Positions 1-5,298 of a stretch of 5,418 nucleotides of DNA are shown piece after piece. The position numbers and the translations under genes are program-made. The notes below the pieces were generated by a model, which was given only the letters and a program-made list of their open reading frames with translations, was not told the origin of the DNA and did not search any database. How positions within the stretch are numbered: position 1 is the stretch's first letter; each line of letters starts with the position of its first letter. The DNA comes from Candidatus Wukongarchaeum yapensis (GTDB lineage Archaea; Asgardarchaeota; Wukongarchaeia; Wukongarchaeales; Wukongarchaeaceae): assembly GCA_016840425.1 (NCBI GenBank), contig JAEOSI010000161.1, forward strand, positions 1 through 5,418, given 5' to 3'.

Positions 1-685
1 TAATAAAAGATCTCCCTATAACATTCTTAAAAGCATCAATTGCAGCTCTTTTTTTATGAGGTTTCATGCCTAAAAGATCCACAAGACTCTCAAAGGTTTT
101 CATTAAAATCTCCCTTTCCTCCTTATTAGCAAGCCTATAAAACCTCTTCTTATCGGCACGTTTTTTCCCCCGGTAAAATGAATACAAGATTATTGCAACA
201 GCATGGGAAAGATTCAGAACCCGATACTCCTCACTACTATCTATGGTTAGAAGAAAATCACATTTTTCAACCTGTTTATTCGTAAGCCCGGCGCTTTCTC
301 TCCCAAAAAGTATTGCTACTGTACCGTTTATTTTACTAAAATTTTCTAAACGATCTAAAGTGATAGCCGTTCTTAAGAGATTATAATCACCTTTTGCTAT
401 ACGGGCAGAAGTCCCTATAATTATGTCAACCTTCTCTATAGCCTCATCTATACTCCCAACAACTCTTGCCCCTTCAAGGATATCATTAGCATGCATCGCA
501 AATCTTTGAACCTCATTATCCATCAGGCTAACCTTAGGATTAACAAGCACAAGATCCCTAAAACCAAAATTCTTCATAATCCTCGCAACACTCCCAATAT
601 TACCGCCAATTTCAGGCTCAACAAGAACTACCCTAACGTCAAAATCGTCCCTACCGCTATCAACCAGTTTTTCTTTCTCTTTCAT
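1..685 (-). CDS. trmJ: tRNA (cytidine32-2'-O)-methyltransferase, TrmJ/LasT SPOUT family; 3' end runs off the window
   Basis: Manual translation from ATG at 685: MKEKEKLVDSGRDDFDVRVVLVEPEIGGNIGSVARIMKNFGFRDLVLVNP...IIGTSAR...VAILFGRESAGLTNKQVEKCDFLLTI...YRVLNLSHAVAIILY...FKNVIGRSFI>. The VLVEP-x3-GNIGSVARxMKNFG, FGRE-x2-GL-N and LNLSHAV motifs are TrmJ hallmarks. The frame is open to position 2, so it has no stop in the window and is missing from the ORF track. Confidence 0.93.
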   Translation of the reverse strand, partial: MKEKEKLVDSGRDDFDVRVVLVEPEIGGNIGSVARIMKNFGFRDLVLVNPKVSLMDNEVQRFAMHANDILEGARVVGSIDEAIEKVDIIIGTSARIAKGDYNLLRTAITLDRLENFSKINGTVAILFGRESAGLTNKQVEKCDFLLTIDSSEEYRVLNLSHAVAIILYSFYRGKKRADKKRFYRLANKEEREILMKTFESLVDLLGMKPHKKRAAIDAFKNVIGRSFI

Positions 686-761
686 TATTAAGCATCCCTT
701 TGTTAAAATAATGAAAAAGCTGATATTTAAGCTGATTCAATGCAATATCAATAACCTCAAG

Positions 762-1121
762 TTATATGTGAAAACGTTTTTTTCCTCCACATTCCATGCA
801 AGTGTATGTCACGTGGGAGCGTGGCCCACTTCTCAGACGTATACGAAGGTTTATCCCCGGAACAAGAAAAGACTTACATTTTCTACATATCTGCCTCCGC
901 CAATAAACAGGAACACTAACCCTAGCCTTCATACCTATTTTCAAACCTATTTCAACGTAACTCCTAGCAAGATTAGGCTCCTCTTTAAAAACACTTTTAG
1001 CGAGAGAAAATAAATACTCCATTCTCTGCAAAGCTAGATCTTCAACACTTTTCTTTTTCGGAAAGAATCTTTTTTTCTTCAGTTTTTTCCTTTTCTTTCT
1101 TCTTACGATTTTTTCATTCAT
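762..1121 (-). CDS. rnp4: Ribonuclease P protein component 4 (Rpp21/Rpr2 family)
   Basis: 119 aa. LALQRMEYLFSLA...ARSYVEIGLKIGMK, CRKC-SFLVPG-N-RIRLR and a second CMEC pair (Zn ribbon) match archaeal Rpp21. Confidence 0.93.
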   Translation of the reverse strand: MNEKIVRRKKRKKLKKKRFFPKKKSVEDLALQRMEYLFSLAKSVFKEEPNLARSYVEIGLKIGMKARVSVPVYWRRQICRKCKSFLVPGINLRIRLRSGPRSHVTYTCMECGGKKRFHI

Positions 1122-1173
1122 AAAAGGAAGCCTCGCCTTCTACCATTATCACCATTTTAAACTTCTATAATAT

Positions 1174-1191
1174 TGTTACAATCGGTTTAAC
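1174..1191 (-). promoter_or_regulatory. Recurrent intergenic 18-bp motif, copy 1 (GTTAAACCGATTGTAACA)
   Basis: Shares GTTAAACC-N5-YAAMA with four other intergenic copies. It is embedded in the palindrome TATTGTT-N11-AACAATA (1171-1195). Confidence 0.45.
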
Positions 1192-1239
1192 AATAGGATA
1201 GATTAAGAAAACCTATTAAAAAACCTAAAAATTAAACAG

Positions 1240-1257
1240 TTTTAAGATAGGTTTAAC
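1240..1257 (-). promoter_or_regulatory. Recurrent intergenic 18-bp motif, copy 2 (GTTAAACCTATCTTAAAA)
   Basis: 16/18 identical to the copy at 2341-2358. Confidence 0.45.
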
Positions 1258-1378
1258 AGTAAGAATAGTTATGATCTTTATTGGATGATTATGTTATTTT
1301 TTACTTGCTTTCTTAATCTTCGTAACCATATGATATAAAAAATTAAAGTGAAATCTTGGAGATCCTAAGTTTCTTAGG

Positions 1379-2284
1379 CTATAATCTTAAGACTTTTCCG
1401 CTATGTAGTTTCTCAAATCTTCCTCCAAATTCTTTAAGAAATTTACACTCAGCTCTTAAACCGGTGCAGTGACCAGTGTAGATCTCTTTCACTTCCAACT
1501 CCTTTAAATTCTTAACAGTTTTCTCTATCCTTTCGTCTTCCGCGTCGATTAGGTGATAGCCTCCTATAACGGCTTTTACCTCATGGCTTCCTGTTACCTG
1601 CTTAGACTTCTTTGTGATGCTTACTATTCCAGCGTGAGAACATCCTGAAACTACGACTAGACCTTCTCTAGTTTTTATAGCCAAGGACATATCGTCCAAC
1701 ATATCATCCTTAACCATCTTTCCATCTTCTACGGTGTAAAGACCTAAAGTAACTTCCTTCTCAAAATCTACTCTTTCTTCTTTCGGGATCTCTCCTGTTG
1801 TAGTTACGCTTTCCATCAATTTTCTTGGTTGAGCGTCTAAAATCCACTTTGCACCATATTTCTCAATTTCTTCTTTAGTATAAGGAATTCCTACATGCCT
1901 AAAATCCTTTTTTTCAACCAAATTCCTTCTAAATATCTTTGGATGTGCGACTACGGTTACCTCCCTGTCCACCGCTTTTAAAATTTCAGCGAGTCCTCCA
2001 GTATGGTCGTAGTGGCAGTGAGAAAGGAAGATAGTATCTATCTCCTTAGGGTTAAGCCCCATTCTCTCCACGTTGTGGAGAATGGACTTACCTGACTGCC
2101 CAGTATCGAAAAGTATTCTCCTTCTCATATTCCCAGCGGCAACATCTATCAGGAAAGAGATGCCGTGTTGCCCGTAAAAGGTTGTTTCGTATCCAGCATA
2201 ATCATCCAAAAGGGTATAGATTGTTAAGTCATCTGCTTTTCCAAAGTTATTCTTCTCTACTCTATGTAGTTCAGCTCTTAACAT
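1379..2284 (-). CDS. MBL-fold metallo-hydrolase, COG1237-like (family often annotated as 7,8-dihydropterin-6-yl-methyl-4-(beta-D-ribofuranosyl)aminobenzene 5'-phosphate synthase); true substrate not established
   Basis: 301 aa with HGISFLI, LFDTG, SHCHYDHTGG (HxHxDH), DDMSL, SGCSHAG, IGGYHL and GHCTG motifs. A Shine-Dalgarno site lies 9 nt upstream of the ATG. Confidence 0.88.
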   Translation of the reverse strand: MLRAELHRVEKNNFGKADDLTIYTLLDDYAGYETTFYGQHGISFLIDVAAGNMRRRILFDTGQSGKSILHNVERMGLNPKEIDTIFLSHCHYDHTGGLAEILKAVDREVTVVAHPKIFRRNLVEKKDFRHVGIPYTKEEIEKYGAKWILDAQPRKLMESVTTTGEIPKEERVDFEKEVTLGLYTVEDGKMVKDDMLDDMSLAIKTREGLVVVSGCSHAGIVSITKKSKQVTGSHEVKAVIGGYHLIDAEDERIEKTVKNLKELEVKEIYTGHCTGLRAECKFLKEFGGRFEKLHSGKVLRL

Positions 2285-2293
2285 AGGTCAATA

Positions 2294-2299
2294 ACCTCC
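2294..2299 (-). promoter_or_regulatory. Shine-Dalgarno site (GGAGGT) of the MBL hydrolase gene
   Basis: The minus strand reads GGAGGT-TATTGACCT-ATG(2284), a 9-nt spacer. Confidence 0.7.
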
Positions 2300-2340
2300 A
2301 CACGCTTTTGGTCAGTTGCTTCATGCCTCCTTGTCCATTA

Positions 2341-2358
2341 GTTAAACCTATTGTAAAA
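2341..2358 (+). promoter_or_regulatory. Recurrent intergenic 18-bp motif, copy 3 (GTTAAACCTATTGTAAAA)
   Basis: Lies 56 nt upstream of the MBL hydrolase start and equals the consensus of the five copies. Confidence 0.5.
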
Positions 2359-2414
2359 ACTATTTCTTTTTATGTTTTTAATTTTTTTAACTTTTCAAAA
2401 AAACTTGGCCGCGG

Positions 2415-2440
2415 ATATGAGTCCGAAAGGACTTATTGAG
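2415..2440 (+). other. GAAA-tetraloop hairpin with possible tandem G.A pairs
   Basis: ATGAGTCC-GAAA-GGACTTAT (2418-2437), an 8-bp stem with one G.U, flanked by GAT (2415-2417) and TGA (2438-2440). Confidence 0.4.
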
Positions 2441-2679
2441 TGTTTTTGCTCTCTTTTTTCAAGGTTTGATTTTTCTCTTTTTTTTCCTTTTTTCTTAGAC
2501 CTTTAAAAATCGCGTTAAAAAGGGCCAACTCCTAAGAATCTCAGAGTGGTGAATTCGTCCCTCAAGAAAACAGGGTTTGTGACCGCCTACGACCTCTTCG
2601 TGCAAAAAATCAAAAGATTTGAAAAGGAAAACATACACCCCCCCAAGAAAAATCATAAGAAACTAAAGAACTAAATAAC

Positions 2680-2697
2680 TTTTACAGGAGGTTTAAC
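2680..2697 (-). promoter_or_regulatory. Recurrent intergenic 18-bp motif, copy 4 (GTTAAACCTCCTGTAAAA)
   Basis: 16/18 identical to the consensus, 18 nt upstream of nep1 TTG 2716. Confidence 0.45.
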
Positions 2698-2715
2698 CTG
2701 TGAGGTTTTAATATT

Positions 2716-3480
2716 TTGGTAGCTTTAACTCAAAATTTAAATGATAATACAAAGCCTATTACGTTTTTGGTAGTGGAATCAGCCATCGAACTTATACCTG
2801 AAGAAATTATCCGCCATCCAGTTATCGTTAAACATGCTAAACGAAGGGGAAAGAAGCCCTCTGAATGTTTATTGGATGATTCTACTCACTTCAGAGCAAC
2901 GCGGAATTTAAAAGACAACAAGCGTAGGGGTAGACCTGACATCATACACCTCTGTTTATTAGAAGCCATAGGATCACCTTTAATGGTGGAAAACAAGCTA
3001 GAAGTAGCTGTTCACACCTACCAAGACCAACTCTTACTATTTTCTAAAAATGTCAGAATACCTAGAAACTACTCCCGATTTTGCAGTCTAATGGAACAAC
3101 TTTTAGTAAAAGGGAAAGTGCCGCCAGAAAGTGAAAATCCCTTGATAAAAGTTGAAAAAAACATGCCCGTAAAAGATTTCGTAGAAAGAGCCAAACCTAC
3201 AAGCATCATCGGTTTTACGAGAAAAGGAGAACTGAAAAGACCATCAGAAATCGCAAAAGAGATCCTTGAAGAAAAACACCCCCTAATAATTGTAGGAGGG
3301 TTCCCCCATGGAAGCTTCAAACAAGAAACCATAAAAGTAATGGATAAAACCATATCCATATACCCAAAACCCTTAGAAGCCCACATAGTCATATCAAGAA
3401 TCCTAGGGGCATATGAAGAACTAATACTATTTACCAGCCCCAAAAACCAAAAAACCCAAAACCCTCGAGAAAACTTTTAA
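2716..3480 (+). CDS. nep1: 16S rRNA pseudouridine N1-methyltransferase Nep1/Emg1 (SPOUT); start codon uncertain
   Basis: ITFLVVESAIELIP, LLDDSTH, RGRPDIIHLCLLEAIGSPL, VRIPRNYSRFCSLMEQLL and IVGGFPHGSF are Nep1 signatures. There is no in-frame ATG before the conserved core, and TTG 2716 is the first in-frame start. Confidence 0.93.
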   Translation: MVALTQNLNDNTKPITFLVVESAIELIPEEIIRHPVIVKHAKRRGKKPSECLLDDSTHFRATRNLKDNKRRGRPDIIHLCLLEAIGSPLMVENKLEVAVHTYQDQLLLFSKNVRIPRNYSRFCSLMEQLLVKGKVPPESENPLIKVEKNMPVKDFVERAKPTSIIGFTRKGELKRPSEIAKEILEEKHPLIIVGGFPHGSFKQETIKVMDKTISIYPKPLEAHIVISRILGAYEELILFTSPKNQKTQNPRENF

Positions 3481-3636
3481 ATGCCACCCTATAACTTAAC
3501 AATCCCCCATAATGCCCCAGCAATTAAATAAACTTTAATTTCATAAAAAAAATAAAAAAGAAAATGGAGTAAAAGTTATAATAAACAAAAAAGAAACGGC
3601 TTCAAACGAGTGAAATTTTAGTTTTTAACAAAGTAG

Positions 3637-3711
3637 GCGACGGTAGTCAAGCGGTTAAGATTCCGGCCTTCCAAGCCGGCGTCCCGGGTTCGAATCCCGG
3701 CCGTCGCACCA
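3637..3711 (+). tRNA. tRNA-Gly (anticodon TCC), intronless, CCA encoded
   Basis: Acceptor stem GCGACGG (3637-3643)/CCGTCGC (3701-3707). Anticodon arm CCGGC-CTTCCAA-GCCGG with TCC at 3670-3672. T arm CCGGG-TTCGAAT-CCCGG. Discriminator A3708, CCA 3709-3711. Confidence 0.97.
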
Positions 3712-3741
3712 CCCCTCTCCCCCTAATTAGATTTTAACTTC

Positions 3742-3786
3742 TTCGGCGAGAAGTCCCCTTGCGAAAGCTGGGGGATGAAAGCCGAA
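3742..3786 (+). repeat. Left-end imperfect palindrome of the mini-IS (putative TnpA-binding hairpin)
   Basis: Outer stem TTCGGC (3742-3747)/GCCGAA (3781-3786), a purine-rich internal loop, GTCCCC (3753-3758)/GGGGAT (3771-3776), and an apical GC-GAAA-GC. Confidence 0.8.
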
Positions 3787-3790
3787 CAAC

Positions 3791-3810
3791 AATAATAAAC
3801 TATTTATAGT
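3791..3810 (+). promoter_or_regulatory. Putative archaeal BRE/TATA promoter inside the mini-IS
   Basis: A-rich AATAATAAAC followed by TA-TTTATAGT (3803-3810). Standard archaeal spacing would put the start site near 3832-3835, where the structured RNA begins. Confidence 0.5.
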
Positions 3811-3833
3811 CATAAGAATAACAATATAGAAGA

Positions 3834-3881
3834 GTAGGACAGGGACTGTCCGAATTTACGCCTGTGGAGATGGATGAATAA
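3834..3881 (+). pseudogene. tnpB: 3'-terminal remnant of tnpB (IS605 OrfB)
   Basis: Reads VGQGLSEFTPVEMDE*, which resembles the G-x-G-x-x-E-x-T-P-V-E tail at the end of IS605/IS1341 TnpB proteins (recognised from memory, not searched). The frame is closed upstream by TAA at 3819-3821, so only a fragment remains. Confidence 0.65.
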
Positions 3882-5223
3882 TAATGATCCCGTCGTTGAA
3901 ACAGGAAGCTTCCTGCAAAAGCTGGGAGTAGTTCACATGTTTCATAATTCCTCCTTTTTTATAATGGTAATATAGAAGGACTATTGTTATGGTCACGCTG
4001 GCAATCACTATTCCTGCCCAAAGCCAAGGAAAGCCTTTTTTAGGAGTTGTAACGCTTTTGGCTGTTTCTGAGTAATAGATTTTGTATTCACCGTCAACGT
4101 TTTTTTGCCATACTATGTGCGCTTTCCCCTCCTTATCAAGGAAAAGAGAAGGAAATTCTTCGTCTCCTTGGTTTCCGCTTACTTTTTCAGGCTCTTTAAA
4201 AAGTTCTTCCTCTACATTATTGGAAAAATAAATACCCCTTTTTTCCCCTTTTTCTTCCTTTCCCTGCCATACTATGTGGCTTTTTCCGTTTAAGTCGACA
4301 AAAATAGAGGGATGAACCCCTTCAAACAAAGTTTTTGAAACGTTTACTGGAACAAAGAAATTTCCGCTATAACCTTTTATATAGTAAATTTCTCCCCTAT
4401 CTTCCTCATAAAGCTCCCAAGCTATGCGTATTAGTCCATCAAGACCCACAAAAAGGGAAGGATAATAGTCATCAAAATCATTAGCTGTGACGTTCACCAG
4501 ATTAGAAAAATCAAGGGCGGCGGTTGAACTTTTTACATAATAAATTTCCGAATCTTTATCACCATAACCGTTCCAAGCAACATGTATATCCCTATTAGAA
4601 TCGACATATAGGGATGGATACATATCATTTAAAGGACTTTTTGAAACATTTACAGGGGTAAGAAAACTTTCTCCCGTCTTTTTTGTATAGTAGATCTCCC
4701 AGTCCCCTGTAGCGTTTCCCTGCCATACTATGTGAGCAATACCTTCTCCATCCACAAAAAGGGACGGATTCCAATCTTCAAAAACGTTATTTGATACATT
4801 TATCGGCTCTGAAGAGGATAGATTACCTATACTTGATTCTAAATAAAAGATTTCTCCTCCATTTTCAGTTTCTTCCTGCCATACCATGTATAAGATTCCT
4901 TCCGAGTCTACAACTAATCGGGGTTTAAGATCGTCCTTATCATTATCAGTCACAACTTTATAAGAAAAGCTACCGCCCAAATTATTAGCGTAAAAAATTT
5001 CAAAGTCTGTACCGTTTTTCCCACTCCAAACTACATGCGAAACACCATTACCATCCACAAAAAGGCAGGGATGACGATTATCAAAAACAGTAACCCCACT
5101 GATCTCCATTATGTCAGTGGGAGTTTTCCATCCTGCCTTAACTGCAAAGCAACCATTTAAAAGAAACAAAAAAGATAAAAAGACCACTAAAAACTTCTTA
5201 AAACCCGCCCTTTTCTTCTCCAA
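3856..5223 (-). CDS. Secreted/surface protein: signal peptide, seven ~50-aa repeats (probable 7-bladed beta-propeller, BNR-like), C-terminal transmembrane anchor; last 26 aa derived from the inserted mini-IS
   Basis: N-terminus MEKKRAGFKK-FLVVFLSFLFLL-NGCFAVKA. Seven repeats of P-S-L-F-V-D-x-x-G-x-x-H-I-V-W-Q-x(7-9)-E-I-Y-Y. TM segment WLWAGIVIASVTITIVLLYY followed by a basic tail. TTG start. Confidence 0.85.
   Translation of the reverse strand: MEKKRAGFKKFLVVFLSFLFLLNGCFAVKAGWKTPTDIMEISGVTVFDNRHPCLFVDGNGVSHVVWSGKNGTDFEIFYANNLGGSFSYKVVTDNDKDDLKPRLVVDSEGILYMVWQEETENGGEIFYLESSIGNLSSSEPINVSNNVFEDWNPSLFVDGEGIAHIVWQGNATGDWEIYYTKKTGESFLTPVNVSKSPLNDMYPSLYVDSNRDIHVAWNGYGDKDSEIYYVKSSTAALDFSNLVNVTANDFDDYYPSLFVGLDGLIRIAWELYEEDRGEIYYIKGYSGNFFVPVNVSKTLFEGVHPSIFVDLNGKSHIVWQGKEEKGEKRGIYFSNNVEEELFKEPEKVSGNQGDEEFPSLFLDKEGKAHIVWQKNVDGEYKIYYSETAKSVTTPKKGFPWLWAGIVIASVTITIVLLYYHYKKGGIMKHVNYSQLLQEASCFNDGIIIIHPSPQA
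3909..3928 (+). repeat. Right-end imperfect palindrome of the mini-IS
   Basis: CTTCCTGC-AAAA-GCTGGGAG with one T.T mismatch and one G.T pair. It is preceded by GAAG (3905-3908) and followed by TAGT-TCAC (3929-3936). Confidence 0.8.
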
Positions 5224-5298
5224 AACACAACAACCGCCTAAACCATCAAAAAGGAAACAAAAAGCTTCTTAAAAAATTCAAGACCGCTTTAAAAAAAT

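Larger units (their letters stand above)
3738..3936 (+). mobile_element. Non-autonomous IS200/IS605-family (IS1341/TnpB-type) mini-element, 199 bp, lacking tnpA and an intact tnpB
   Basis: The left hairpin AAGT|CCCCTTGC-GAAA-GCTGGGG and right hairpin GAAG|CTTCCTGC-AAAA-GCTGGGAG-TAGT-TCAC share the same apical design. TTTAA lies immediately 5' (3733-3737). The terminal GGAAGC...GGGAGTAGTTCAC resembles IS605-family right ends. A tnpB C-terminal remnant lies inside. Removing 3738-3936 restores a stop codon for the host gene. Confidence 0.85.
3833..3952 (+). ncRNA. Putative TnpB omega/right-end RNA: scaffold ~3833-3936 plus a ~16-nt flank-derived guide (3937-~3952); both boundaries approximate
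   Basis: Hairpin GGACAG-GGA-CTGTCC (3837-3851). Long-range pairing CCTGT (3861-3865)/ACAGG (3901-3905) encloses GATGGAT (3869-3875)/ATCCCGTC (3887-3894). The right-end hairpin is at 3909-3928. The RNA overlaps the tnpB 3' end and the right end, as known TnpB reRNAs do. Confidence 0.7.

Noticed and set aside
491-691. ORF-track 66-aa + strand ORF
   Set aside because: Antisense shadow of trmJ, with no recognisable motifs.
717-736. 8-bp direct repeat AAGCTGAT x2 upstream of trmJ
   Set aside because: Only two short copies around a TATA-like ATATTTAA, which is too little to separate from chance.
711-1013. ORF-track 100-aa + strand ORF
   Set aside because: Antisense shadow of the clearly identifiable rnp4.
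1174-1257. CRISPR array interpretation of the repeated GTTAAACC motif
   Set aside because: Copies are short, degenerate, in both orientations and dispersed. There is no regular repeat-spacer periodicity and no cas genes.
2271-2324. 17-aa uORF (MKQLTKSVWRLLTYVKS) on the - strand overlapping the MBL start, preceded by GGAGG
   Set aside because: The SD-like sequence is only 1 nt from the ATG, while the MBL ATG has its own well-spaced SD. Probably chance.
2415-2440. Hammerhead ribozyme or SECIS interpretation of ATGAGTCCGAAAGGAC
   Set aside because: It resembles hammerhead stem II but lacks the CUGAUGA and GAAA core strands. No gene in the window has an in-frame TGA that a SECIS could serve.
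3069-3443. ORF-track 124-aa - strand ORF
   Set aside because: Lies entirely antisense within nep1.
3637-3737. tRNA-targeted integrative element (att site)
   Set aside because: There is no duplicated tRNA 3' end and no integrase in the window. The adjacent element has IS200/IS605 features instead.
4105-4293. ORF-track 62-aa + strand Phe-rich ORF
   Set aside because: Antisense shadow of Lys/Glu codons (AAA/GAA) in the beta-propeller gene.
5149-5160. Lipoprotein lipobox in LNGC of the signal peptide
   Set aside because: Asn at -2 does not fit the usual [LVI][ASTVI][GAS]C pattern, an A-x-A-like site (VKA) follows, and a C-terminal TM anchor already explains attachment. It cannot be fully excluded without SignalP.
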